Shown here piece after piece: positions 43,353 to 54,384 of a stretch of 64,000 nucleotides of DNA; within the stretch, counting starts at the first letter, position 1, and each line of letters starts with the position of its first letter. The notes below the pieces were generated by a model, which did not search any database, had not been told where the DNA came from, and worked only from the letters and a program-made list of their open reading frames with translations. A program made the translations under genes and the position numbers. The stretch is taken from positions 160,001 to 224,000 of the forward strand of contig CAWHCF010000020.1 in the NCBI GenBank assembly GCA_963827655.1, written 5' to 3'. The DNA is from an uncultured Acidobacteriota bacterium (GTDB taxonomy: Bacteria > Acidobacteriota > UBA6911).

Positions 43353-44950
43353 ATCCCCCGCTGTGGCTCGACAATCTTGCTGCCTACAGTATCCAGATCG
43401 CAATAGTGATCGTGGTCGGAACCGCGCTCCCCTTTGCCTTCCGTCTGCGCCCGCCCGGCATCATGCTTCCATACTTGCAAGGCTTGTTAGTTGCCTGCGT
43501 TCTCTTGCCGGTTCTCCAGCCCTGGAGCCAGGGAGCCCCCGACTCACCCGGGACAATAACGACCGTCGCAGTGCAAATACAGAGCATTGCCTTCGCGGCT
43601 CGAGCCCACGACGCGAGTTTGTGGATCTACTCGGTGATCCAGTTCGTGATCATCGGCGGCTTCCTGTTTCGCCTAGGTTGGCTTGCCATGGGAGTGTGCC
43701 GGCTTCGGCGGTATCGGCGCAATGCACCCCCTCTCGAGATCCTTCCCGATGCGATCACGGAAATGCAGTCCATCACCGGCGCTCGCGCGGAGGTTCGGAT
43801 CTCAGGCGAGATCAGTAGTCCCGGCACCTTCGGGTTGCGCCATCCGGTCATTCTCTTTCCGAAAAGTTTCCTGCAGATGGATGAGAAGTCTCAGCGGGCG
43901 ATCGCATGCCACGAGTTGCTGCACGTACGCCGCCGCGACTGGCTCTGCATCTTGCTGGAAGAGGCGGTCGGCGCAGCGCTCTGGTTCCACCCCGCAGTCT
44001 GGTGGCTGCTAGGAAAAATTGAGCTGAGCCGTGAGCAGCTGGTCGATCGAGAGGTACTACGAATCACCGGCTCCCCCAAGGCATATCTCGAGGCACTCTT
44101 GCAAATCGCCCACAGCAAAGGACAACCAGAGGCGACTCTGGCTCCCTCATTCTTAACCCGCCATCACCTGGTCAGGCGTGTGGCGATGATCGTTACGGAG
44201 GTCTCAATGTCTAGAGTTCGTTGTGTCATATTCTTGAGTATTAGCGGCGCCTTGCTCCTTGCAGCCGGCACAGTGGCCACCCGGGCTTTTCCTCTTCAAA
44301 AGCCCGCTCAGGGACAGCAGGACGAGAGCCCCAAACCTGAAAAGCCGAAAAGAGAGGCGATCCGTGTTGGGGGCGATGTCAAGCCGCCCAAAATCATTCT
44401 GCGGCCTAACCCTGCTTATCCCGAGGAGGCGAAACAGAAGGGCGTTCAGGGAGGCGTAGTGATCGAAGTAACCGTGAATGAAAAAGGCGAGGTTTGGGAT
44501 GCGCGGGTCGTACGGGGCGAATCCTTACTCCAGAACGCCGCCCTGGAAGCTGTGCGGCGCTGGCGTTTCAGTCCCGCATTGCTGAACGGCAATCCTGTTC
44601 CGATTCTGGCCCACGTGGAGATGGAATTCCGTCTGGATAGCGCGAGCGCGCCGGCCAAATCCCGGCCGATAAGAGTTGATGAAAAGATACATGCTGCGAA
44701 GCTGCTCTACCAGGTCCAGCCCGAATACCCGGAAGAGGCCAAGCGTCTGCGAATCGAAGGAGAGGTGATTCTTCGCATCACTGTCGATGAGGGCGGTGCC
44801 GTTATTGATGCTCATCCCATGAGCGGTCATCAGCTACTGACGGACGCAGCCGTACAGGCCGTCCGGCAGTGGAAATACTCCTCGACTCTTCTCAATGGAG
44901 AGCCGGTGAAGGTGGAAGCTACGGTAACCATCTCCTTCAAATTGAATTAG
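43349..44950 (+). CDS. M56 (BlaR1-type) metallopeptidase fused to two TonB C-terminal domains
   Basis: HELLH, WFHPAVW, two PxYPEEAK...AVRxW repeats; ATGA overlap with the repressor. Confidence 0.9.
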   Translation: MNPPLWLDNLAAYSIQIAIVIVVGTALPFAFRLRPPGIMLPYLQGLLVACVLLPVLQPWSQGAPDSPGTITTVAVQIQSIAFAARAHDASLWIYSVIQFVIIGGFLFRLGWLAMGVCRLRRYRRNAPPLEILPDAITEMQSITGARAEVRISGEISSPGTFGLRHPVILFPKSFLQMDEKSQRAIACHELLHVRRRDWLCILLEEAVGAALWFHPAVWWLLGKIELSREQLVDREVLRITGSPKAYLEALLQIAHSKGQPEATLAPSFLTRHHLVRRVAMIVTEVSMSRVRCVIFLSISGALLLAAGTVATRAFPLQKPAQGQQDESPKPEKPKREAIRVGGDVKPPKIILRPNPAYPEEAKQKGVQGGVVIEVTVNEKGEVWDARVVRGESLLQNAALEAVRRWRFSPALLNGNPVPILAHVEMEFRLDSASAPAKSRPIRVDEKIHAAKLLYQVQPEYPEEAKRLRIEGEVILRITVDEGGAVIDAHPMSGHQLLTDAAVQAVRQWKYSSTLLNGEPVKVEATVTISFKLN

Positions 44951-44957
44951 CCTCCAT

Positions 44958-45011
44958 TTGGCGTCTTTGCGTCTTGACGGTGACTTCATGCAATCACCGC
45001 CAAGACGCAAA
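44958..45011. repeat. 8-nt-period-family hairpin (possible terminator)
   Basis: tttgcgtcttgacggtga-loop-tcaccgccaagacgcaaa. Confidence 0.7.
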
Positions 45012-45076
45012 TCAATTCCCCGGTAGAATCCGCTACATTTCCACTCCGCGCCCGCATAAAATTCCTGCGGGACAAA

Positions 45077-48000
45077 ATGGCGCAACCGTACCTGCCCTTG
45101 ATTCGGGATCCGGGCAATTCCAGAATCCAGGTTTTTCAGTCAGCCTCCGCTCGCGAGCGCCTGACAGCAGCCCGCGAGTTTGTGCGCTCGTACAAACCGG
45201 GAACGGAGCTCTTGCTGATCGGCGCTTCTCGCGAGGCGGTCGACGATTTTGCATCCGAGATCTGCGTGGAGACCGGAGCCAGCTTCGGTCTCCATCGATT
45301 TACCATGATGCAGCTGGTTGCCCGCCTGGCGGCGGGCGAACTGGCCACGGCCGGGCGGGCTCCGGCGACCTATCTCGGCGCCGAAGCGATCGCCGCGCGC
45401 TCCACCTTCGAAGCGCTTGAACGCGAGGCAATCCACTATTTCGAGCCGGTTGCGCGTCTCCCCGGTTTTGCCGCTGCGCTTGCGGCCACGCTGAATGAAC
45501 TCCGGCTCGAAGGGATTGACCCGGACATGCCCAAAGGTCTAGGCCCTGCCGGGGGAGATGTCGCCGCGCTGCTCCGCTTGTTCAACCAGCAACTTGACAA
45601 GGCCGGGGTCACTGACAGGGCGGCCCTGTTTCAGATAGCGGAGCGCGCAGCGCGCAGCGGCCGGAAATTTTCCTGGATCGCTCAGCCGCTGCTTCTTCTC
45701 GACGTCGGTATCCAGTCGCTGTGTGAACGAGAATTCCTGAAGGGCCTGGCCGAAGCTTCACCGGCGGTTTTTGCCACGGTGCCCGCCGGGGATCAAGAGA
45801 CCATGGCCGCGCTGGAACGGCTCGGATCAGTCGAGCGCCTTGCACCCGCGCCGCTCGAGCCGCGTAAATCAAGCCTGGCCCGGCTGCAAAGCTACCTTTT
45901 TTCGGAAGAAGCGCCGTCGGCCGAGGGCGCCGACGATCAGGTCCGCTTCTTCTCGGCTCCCGGAGAAGGGCGCGAATGCATCGAAATTGCGCGCTTCATC
46001 CTGGACGAAGCGCGCCGAGGCATTCCCTTCGACGCCATCGCCGTGTACTTGCGCGCTCCCGAAATCTACTCCCCGCTGCTCGAGACCGCCTTCCGCCGAG
46101 GCGGCATTCCGGGGTTCTTCGCCCGTGGAACGAGGCGCCCCAACCCTGCGGGCCGCGCCTTTCTGGCGCTCCTTGCCTGCAAGTCCGGCGGACTGTCTGC
46201 GAAGCGATTCGCCGAATACCTGTCGTTCGGCCAGGTCCCCACGCTCGATGCCGGCGGCGGGCCGCCGGCAGAGCGCGAAGTATGGTCCGGTCCTGAGGAC
46301 GATGCCCTTGGTCCGGCCGCAGCGACGGCGGCCGCTTCCGTCGGTCAGGAGGACGAAACCGGCCAGCCAGCCCCCGAGAGCCTGGGCGACCTGGAGGAAG
46401 TGCCGGCCTTCGCGGGAACCCTGCGCACTCCCTGGAAGTGGGAGGAATTTCTGGTCGAGGCAGCCGTGATCGGCGGCAGGGATCGCTGGAGCCGCCGCCT
46501 GGCCGGGCTGGAAGGGGAACTTCGCCTGAAACTCGAGGAAATTGCCAGCGACGAACCCGATTCGCCGCGCCTGCCCGCGCTGCAGCGAGACCTCGCCAAC
46601 CTCGGGCATCTGCGGCGGTTCGCGCTCCCCATCATTGATACCCTGGATGCCTTTCCGGCCGGCGCCACGTGGGGCGTCTGGCTGAAGGAGCTGACGAGCC
46701 TGGCCCCGAAGGTGCTCCGGCGGCCGGAAAGGGTCCTGGCCGTGCTGGCGGAATTGGCGCCCATGGCGGACATCGGTCCGGTTTCGATCGATGAAGTTCG
46801 CGAGGTGCTGACCGAGCGACTTTCGACGCTCGAGCAGGAGCCTCCGCTCCGGCGCTATGGCCGCGTATTCGTAGCGACGCCCGAACAAGCCCGGGGCCGC
46901 AGCTTCAAGATCGTGTTCATCCCTGGGTTGGCGGAGCGGATTTTTCCCCAGCGGCCGCGCGAGGATCCGCTGCTGCTCGACACGCTGCGCAGCCGGTTGT
47001 CCCCGGAACTGCGTACCCAGGACGATCGAGGCCGGCACGAGCGAATGCTCCTCCGTCTGGCAGTCGGGAGCGCTGAACAGCGCCTGTACATTTCTTATCC
47101 GCGAGTCAACGTCGTGGAAGCCCGGCCCCGTGTGACATCGTTCTACGGCCTCGATGTCGCGCGGGCGACGCAAGGAAGCATTCCAGACTTCGAGCAGCTC
47201 GAACGCGAGGCCGCTGATGCGGTCAAGGCTCGACTCGCCTGGCCGGCCCCTCCGGAGGCCGATCGCGCCATCGATTCGGTCGAACACGACCTGGCAACTC
47301 TGGGACCTATGCTCCGCGAACGGGATCCTTCGAAAGTCCGCGGCCGGCGCCCGTTATTTACTGGGGTTGAACGAGCATCTCGCGCGCTCGCTGCGCAGTC
47401 GCTGGGCGCGCTGGCACAAAAGATCCTGGACCCCGTTCGACGGGCTTGTTCGCGCCACGGCGGCCATTGAACCGGCCCTGGCCGAACAGCGTCTTTTCGC
47501 GCGGCCTTACTCGGTTTCTGCGCTTCAGAAGTTTGCGGCCTGCCCTTACCAGTTTCTCCTGTCGGCTATTTACCGGCTCGAACCGCGCAAGGAGGCGGTC
47601 GCGCTGGAGAAGCTGGATCCGCTCACGCGCGGCCACATGTTTCATCGCGTGCAGGCCGAGGGATTGAGAGCGCTCGCCGGGGGCGGTTTCTTGCCGGTAA
47701 CTCCGCAGAACCTCGATCGGGCGGAAGAAATCTTCGACCGGACGCTCGACCGGATCGCCGCCGAGTATCGCGAAGAACTGGCGCCTCCCATTCTTCGGGT
47801 TTGGCTGAACGAAATCGAAGCCATGCGGGCGGACCTGCGCGGCTGGCTGCGAAACGTGGCGGCCTCAGGAACGACGTGGCTTCCGATTCGGTTCGAGTTC
47901 AGCTTCGGTTTGCCAATGGATGCCTCGCGAGATCCGGCGAGCGTGGCCGAACCCGTCACGCTGGCCGGCGGCTGGAAGATGCGCGGTTCGATCGACTTGA

Positions 48001-48422
48001 TCGAGCAGAATCAGAACGCTCCTCTCCTGCGGGTGACGGATCACAAGACCGGCATGGACCGGACCGGTGGCGTCTTTATTGTCGGAGGGGGCGAGATCCT
48101 GCAGCCCGTGCTTTACACTCTGGCCACCGAAGCCGTCATGGGGCAGGAAGTAGCCGAGGCCCGGCTTTTCTTCTGTACCGCAGCCGGGGGATTTGCCGAA
48201 CGCGTCCTTCCTGTCAACGACGATGTCCGCCGGCAAGGGCTCGACGTGCTGGAGGTCATCGACCGCGCCGTCGGGAAGGGGAATCTCCCTCCCGCTCCCC
48301 GGGACAAGGCGTGTTCCTGGTGCGATTTTCTATCCGTATGCGGTCCGTATGAAGAGACACGCTCCGCGCGCAAGAACAAGAGCATGCTCGCGGATCTTAC
48401 ACAACTACGAGACCGGTTATGA
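45077..48422 (+). CDS. AddB-like subunit: inactive helicase fold plus PD-(D/E)XK nuclease with Fe-S cysteines (frameshift near 47350)
   Basis: FIPGLAERIFP, SVSALQKFAACPY, GSIDLIE...DHKTG and CSWCDFLSVC. Confidence 0.85.
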
Positions 48423-48477
48423 GCCGATGCCGCAGCCATGAGGATTCTGCTCCTGACCTTCGCCCGGACGGCATCTC

Positions 48478-51400
48478 ATGAACGAATTATCGGACGAGGC
48501 GGCGCGCGAGCTGATTCGTAATGGACTGGCGTACAACCTGATGGTCGAGGCTGCCGCCGGAACCGGCAAGACCACGGAACTCGTCAAGAGGATTGTCGCC
48601 GTGCTTGCCGGCGGGCACGCCTCCGTGGATAGCCTCGTCGCCGTGACTTTCACGGAAAAGGCCGCCGGCGAGTTGAAACTTCGGTTACGTGCGGGTCTCG
48701 AGCAGTCGCGCCAGCAGGCGGCGGACGGCAGTCCCGAGCGCAAGAATCTCGACCGCGCCCTGGCGCGCCTGGAAGAGGCCCGGGTCAATACGATTCACGG
48801 GTTCTGCGCCGATCTGCTGCGCGAGCGTCCCGTTGAAGCCGGAGTCGACCCAAGGTTTCAGGTCATGACGGAGGCGGAGGCCGAGCGGCTTTACGAGGAG
48901 GGTTTCAATCTCTGGTTGCAGGAAAGGCTCGAGAATCCGCCCGAAGGTGTGCGCCGTTCGCTATGTAGAACTTCCAGGTCCGGAAATGAGGGCCCCAGCG
49001 GCCGTCTGCGAACGGCCGGCTGGACCCTGGCGCAGTGGCGCGATTTTCCTGCGCCGTGGCGTCGTGAGCCGTTTGCGCGCCAGGCGCAGATCGACGCCCT
49101 GGTCCAACAGCTTCACAACTTTGCCGACCTGACGCAGCGATGCGCCAATCCGACGTGGGATTTTTTTTACCGCGATACCGAGCCGGCACGCCGGTTGAGC
49201 CGCGAGATCCGGGCGGTTGAAGAAGTCAAGGCGCGCGACTACGACGTCCTCGAAGGCAAGCTGGTCGATCTCCTCTACTGGAAGTTCGAAAAGCCGAGGT
49301 CTGGACGGGGCAGGAACTACGGCGATGGCGTGACACGCGCGACCGTTCAAGCGGCCCACGGGGAATTGTGCGACGCGCTCCGGAATTTCGCGCGCGCCGC
49401 GGATGCCGACCTCGCCGCTCTGCTCCAGCTCGAGCTGCACGGCACGGTGGAGCGTTACGAGCAGCTGAAACAGCGATCGGGCCGCCTCGATTTCGTTGAC
49501 CTGCTCCTGCGGGCGCGCGACCTCATACGCGACCGTGATGCGGTCCGTGCCGATTTCCAGGGCCGGTTCAGCCATATTTTCGTTGATGAATTTCAAGACA
49601 CCGATCCCCTTCAGGCGGAAATCCTGCTTCTGCTGGCGGCGTCGAGACCCGGCTGTCCGCGACTGGCGCAAGGTCACACCTGCTCCCGGCAAGCTCTTTC
49701 TGGTCGGCGACCCGAAGCAATCGATTTACCGCTTCCGGCGCGCCGACGTGGGCGTTTATCTTGAGGTCAAAAAGCTACTCGAGAAGCGCGGTGCGAGGTC
49801 TGTCAGCCTGAAAACAAGCTTCCGCGCCGTGCCGTCCATACAGCGCGCGATCAACGCGGCGTTTGATCCGTTGATGAAGGAGGATCCGGCAGCGCTGCAG
49901 GCCGGATATTTGGCTCTGGCGCCGCATCGCGGCGATGTGGACGATCAGCCGACGGTCATCGCGCTTCCTGTGCCGCGCCCCTATGGCAAGACCAGGATTA
50001 CCTACGAAGCCATCGATAACTCGCTTCCGGATGCGGTGGGCGCGTTTGTGGCATGGCTGCTCAAGGAGAGCGGGTGGACGGTGACCGAGCGCGAGCAACC
50101 GTCCAGACGGGTGCCCGTTTCGGCGCGCCACGTGTGCCTGCTGTTCCGTCGTTTCGAAAGTTTTTACGTGGGAGATATCACCCGGGCCTATGTGCAGGCG
50201 CTCGAAGCGCGCGGTATCCCGCATTTACTGGTGGGCGGCAGATCGTTTCACACCCGGGAAGAGATCGAGACCATGCGCGCCGCGCTCCTGGCGATCGAGT
50301 GGCCCGATGACGAACTGTCGGTTTTTGCGACCTTGCACGGGTCGCTCTTCGCCATCGGAGATGAAGCGCTGCTGGAGTATCGTCATCACTTCAAGAGGTT
50401 CCACCCCTTTCGGGTTCCGGAATCCCTGCCTCCCCACCTTGCGCCCATCGGCGAGGCGCTTTCGACGCTCGCGTCGCTGCACCGGAATCGCAATTACCGC
50501 CCGGTGGCCGAGACCATCAGCCTGCTGCTGGAAGGCACGCGGGCCCACGCCGGTTTTGTCCTCCGGCCGTCCGGCGAACAAGCGCTGGCGAATGTCCTCC
50601 ACCTGGCCGAGCTGGCGCGCGCCTACGAAGCGTCCGGGGGGATTTCTTTTCGTGGATTCATCGACCAGTTGCTCGAGGATGCCGAGGGCGCCAGGGTGGC
50701 TGAGGCCCCGGTTCTGGAAGAAGGGAGCGACGGAGTCCGCATCATGACGGTTCACAAAGCCAAGGGGCTGGAATTTCCCGTTGTCATTCTCGCCGATATG
50801 ACTGCCAAGATGGCGCGCGCTCCGGCGAGCCGCTACATTGATCCCAAGCAAGGTCTCTGTGCCATCCGCATTGCCGGCTGGTCACCGGTCGAATTGCTCG
50901 AGCAAGAAAGCGAAGAACTCAAGCGGGACCAAGCTGAAGGTGTGCGCATTGCGTACGTTGCCGCAACCCGGGCGAGAGACCTCCTGGTCGTGCCGGCGGT
51001 GGGCGACAGGCCCGAGGAGGGGTGGTTCAGTCCGCTCAACTCGACTCTTTATCCGTATCCTGCCGGCCCGCGCTGGCGTCAATCAGCCGCCGCTCCGGGC
51101 TGTCCCGAGTTCGGCGACGATAGCTTGTTGGAGCGTCCCGACTACGCTTTCGGCAGCGACAACGTCAAACCCGGTCTTCATGAGTTCGAGGACAAGGGTA
51201 GCGGTTATAGCGTCGTATGGTGGGATCCAGCGAAGCTCGAGCTCGATGCCAAGCCGCTGTTCGGCATGCGGCAGGAGGATCTGTTCGCCAGGGAAGTCGC
51301 CGCTTCCATCATGGAAGCCGATTTGGCGCGGCATACGGATTGGCGCGCGGCGCGCGACGCGGCCGCCGAGCGGGGTTCGCGGCCCAGCCTCCTGATGCAG

Positions 51401-51922
51401 ACGGCCACCGAATCCGCAGAGGCCGGCACGGAAGCCGGGCCCGAAATCCAGACCGTCGAGCTTCCCCGGGACGCGGGCCGGCCCGCCGGCCCGCGCTATG
51501 GCGCTCTGGTTCACGCGGTACTGGCGACGATGCCTCTGGATGCCGGCCCGCAACAGATCAAACAGGCGGCGCGTCTGCAGGGTCGCATTCTCGGGTCGTC
51601 AGAGCAGGAGATTGAATCAGCCGGCACGGTCGCTGAGAGTGTGATCCGGCATCCCATCATGGAGCGGGCCCGGAAAGCCGATGCATCGGGTCAATGCCGC
51701 AGAGAGACGCCAATTGCCTTGCGGCAGGCGGATGGTTCCATCGTGGATGGAGTCGTCGATCTCGCTTTTTTGGAGAACGGCGCCTGGATTGTGGTCGATT
51801 TCAAAACCGACCGCGAACTGGAACGTGGATTGGCCGTCTACCGGCGCCAAGTTGGCCTCTACGCCGCCGCGATCCAGGCTGCGACGGGATTGAAGACGGC
51901 TGCAGTCTTGATGCGAATCTGA
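48478..51922 (+). CDS. AddA-like UvrD helicase-nuclease (frameshift near 49645)
   Basis: AAAGTGKT, VDEFQDT, VGDPKQSIYRFR, MTVHKAKGLEF, YVAATRA and GVVDL...DFKT. Confidence 0.9.
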
Positions 51923-52043
51923 CGGGCAAAACAATACCACCAGGACAGCCCTGAAAGTTGGCCGGTTCAGGACATTACGGTGATGTATTGCGCAAAGCGG
52001 AAGCTGTGCTGCCGCCCGGGTTGAAGGCCCGTCAGGAGTAGAC

Positions 52044-52170
52044 GCGCCCGGAGGGGCGGGGACGCTGCCCTCAATGTCCTGCGCCCCTTCAGGGCGCGTG
52101 GACATAATCCCGTAAACCCCGGGCTGCGCTTCGCTTGCCCCGGCGCTAATTTCCGTCGCCCCTCCGGCGC
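52044..52170. repeat. REP-like palindromic unit
   Basis: gcgcccggaggggcg, gccccttcagggcg, ccgggctgcgcttcgcttgccccgg and cgcccctccggcgc. Confidence 0.6.
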
Positions 52171-52434
52171 AAATCGCCAAGACTGATGAGATGAAGTGCA
52201 GGTCTAAGAGCTTGCTACCGCCCTGATTTGGGCGAGGCTTGCTTCGCCTGATGCGACCACGGGTTTCGGTACTCAGAAGCTGCCGAAAATACGTTACCGT
52301 AGTTGTGAAACAGCAGTACTAAGACACGAAGAAACACCAAAATTGGTGCGTCTCCGTGGTTAGGGGTTTTCGGCTCAGTCGGGTATGGGTTCCGGTGAAG
52401 CCGGCGTCTGACTCAAGTCTAACGGAGGGATGCA

Positions 52435-53310
52435 ATGAGATGGGACAGCGTTTTTTATGTGTTCACGCGCGAGTTATTTCAACTTGGAGGAAGACCGGTT
52501 TCGTTGTTGGTACTGATGCAATTCATCTTGCTCATCGCAGTGGTTATCGTGGTGGCCCGGCTGACACGACGGTTTCTGCGCGACCGGTTGCTGGCACGAA
52601 CCCACCTCGATCTAGGCTTGCAGGACGCCATTGCGCGGATAATCGGTTACGCGGTGCTCGTGATCGGCACCATGATAGGGCTGCAGACGCTCGGCTTCGA
52701 ACTGACATCGCTGACGGTGGTGGCAGGCGCGCTGGGTGTCGGTCTCGGGTTCGGGTTGCGCAACATCATCGAGAACTTCGTCAGCGGCCTGATTATCCTG
52801 GGAGAGCGGCCCATCCAGCTGGGTCATCGCATCGAAGTTGGGGATACCATCGGGAGAGTGGTACGGATTGGCGCCCGAAGCACCGCCGTGCTTACGAATG
52901 ATAACATCAGGATCATCATTCCGAACTCCGAGTTGATAACGGGGCGCGTCGTGAACTGGAGTCATGGCGACAGTCAAATACGGCTTCGCATTCCTGTGGG
53001 CGTGAGTTACCGGAGCGACGTGCAGCTCGTTCAGAAGCTCCTCCTCGAGGTTGCGTCCGCAAACGAAAGTGTCTTAGAGAATCCTGCACCCGCGGTAATT
53101 TTTGTCGAATTTGGCGAAAGTGCGCTCAATTTTGAACTGCGCGTGTGGACCCGAGAGTTACTGGATCGCCCGGGGAGATTAACAAGCCAGTTGAATTTTT
53201 CGATCTGGGAAAAGTTCCGCGAGCACAATATCGAGATTCCGTACCCGCAGCGCGACCTCTACTTGAAGGAACCTGTTTACGTAGAACTTAAACAGAATCG
53301 TGTTTCTTAG
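52435..53310 (+). CDS. MscS family mechanosensitive channel
   Basis: GALGVGLGFGL...NFVSG, IIPNS, FGESALNFELRVW and IPYPQRD; repeat arms at 52318-52363 and 53300-53333. Confidence 0.93.
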   Translation: MRWDSVFYVFTRELFQLGGRPVSLLVLMQFILLIAVVIVVARLTRRFLRDRLLARTHLDLGLQDAIARIIGYAVLVIGTMIGLQTLGFELTSLTVVAGALGVGLGFGLRNIIENFVSGLIILGERPIQLGHRIEVGDTIGRVVRIGARSTAVLTNDNIRIIIPNSELITGRVVNWSHGDSQIRLRIPVGVSYRSDVQLVQKLLLEVASANESVLENPAPAVIFVEFGESALNFELRVWTRELLDRPGRLTSQLNFSIWEKFREHNIEIPYPQRDLYLKEPVYVELKQNRVS

Positions 53311-53354
53311 CGTCTTCGTGACTTCGTGGTTAGAATCACAGGACAGGACAGAGA

Positions 53355-54293
53355 ATGAGGATATTCGGATGCAGACTCATGTGGATTGGCGTTCTCGCTC
53401 TCGCCGCTTTCATGGTGACGGAGCCCGGTGCTGCGGGCCGCAAGCTGGTCGTGGCGCACCGGGGCGCGTCCGCCTATGCGCCGGAGCATACGCTGGCCAG
53501 CTACCGGCTCGCGCTCGAGCAGAAGGCGGACTTCGTGGAGCAGGACCTCGCGGTTACCAGGGACGGAGTGCTGATCTGCCTGCACGATCCGACGCTCGAG
53601 CGCACGACGAACGTGGAGGAGATGTTTCCGGATCGCGCGACCGAGGTGACCTGGGAAGGTCGGACCCACAGGAAAGCCTGGCTCGCGAATGACTTCACAT
53701 TGGCGGAGATCAAGCGCCTGGACGCGGGGTCATGGTTCGCTGCCAGGTTCGCGGGCGAGCGCATCCCGACGTTCCAGGAAGCGATCGACCTTGTGAAAGG
53801 TAAGGCGGGGCTGTATCCGGAGCTCAAGGTGCCGGAAATCTACGCGGGGCGCAACGTAAACTTCGAGAAGATGGTCGCCGAGATTCTTGCGAAGAACGGG
53901 CTCTCCGGGCCCCAGCCCGACCCGAAGACGCCGGTGATCCTCCAGACGTTCAGCGAGACCACCGTCCGCAATCTCGCGGCGATGAAGCTCGGTGTCCCGG
54001 TTGTCTACCTGCTGGACGGGCGCAATGTTGAGCGTTGGGGCCGGCGCGCGAGCGTCGAAGCCGCTAAGGCTGCGGGTGCAAACGGCCTCGGCCCGGCGAA
54101 GGACATCCTGCTGAAGCACCCGCAGGTCGTCAAGTGGGCCCACGAGCTGGGACTCACCGTGACGCCGTACACCTTCCGATCCAGCAACACGGGTCGCTTT
54201 TCGTCCGTGCGTGAGGAGATGGCTCACTTCCTGTACGAGCTGGATGTCGACGCGGTGTTCACGGACAACCCGGATCAGTTTCCGCGTCGTTAA
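53355..54293 (+). CDS. Glycerophosphodiester phosphodiesterase, exported
   Basis: VAHRGAS, PEHT, EQDL, LHD and FTDNPD. Confidence 0.92.
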   Translation: MRIFGCRLMWIGVLALAAFMVTEPGAAGRKLVVAHRGASAYAPEHTLASYRLALEQKADFVEQDLAVTRDGVLICLHDPTLERTTNVEEMFPDRATEVTWEGRTHRKAWLANDFTLAEIKRLDAGSWFAARFAGERIPTFQEAIDLVKGKAGLYPELKVPEIYAGRNVNFEKMVAEILAKNGLSGPQPDPKTPVILQTFSETTVRNLAAMKLGVPVVYLLDGRNVERWGRRASVEAAKAAGANGLGPAKDILLKHPQVVKWAHELGLTVTPYTFRSSNTGRFSSVREEMAHFLYELDVDAVFTDNPDQFPRR

Positions 54294-54384
54294 CGAAGCC
54301 TGCCGGTGTGGGATCGGTGACGCTCGACAGCGGTCCGAGGGGTTTTTCAATACTCCTCGTCCGCGCGCCGGGGATGCCGTCGAT

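Noticed and set aside
45077-51922. Novel helicase-nuclease defence system
   Set aside because: Domain order and motifs match a housekeeping AddAB-type recombination enzyme.
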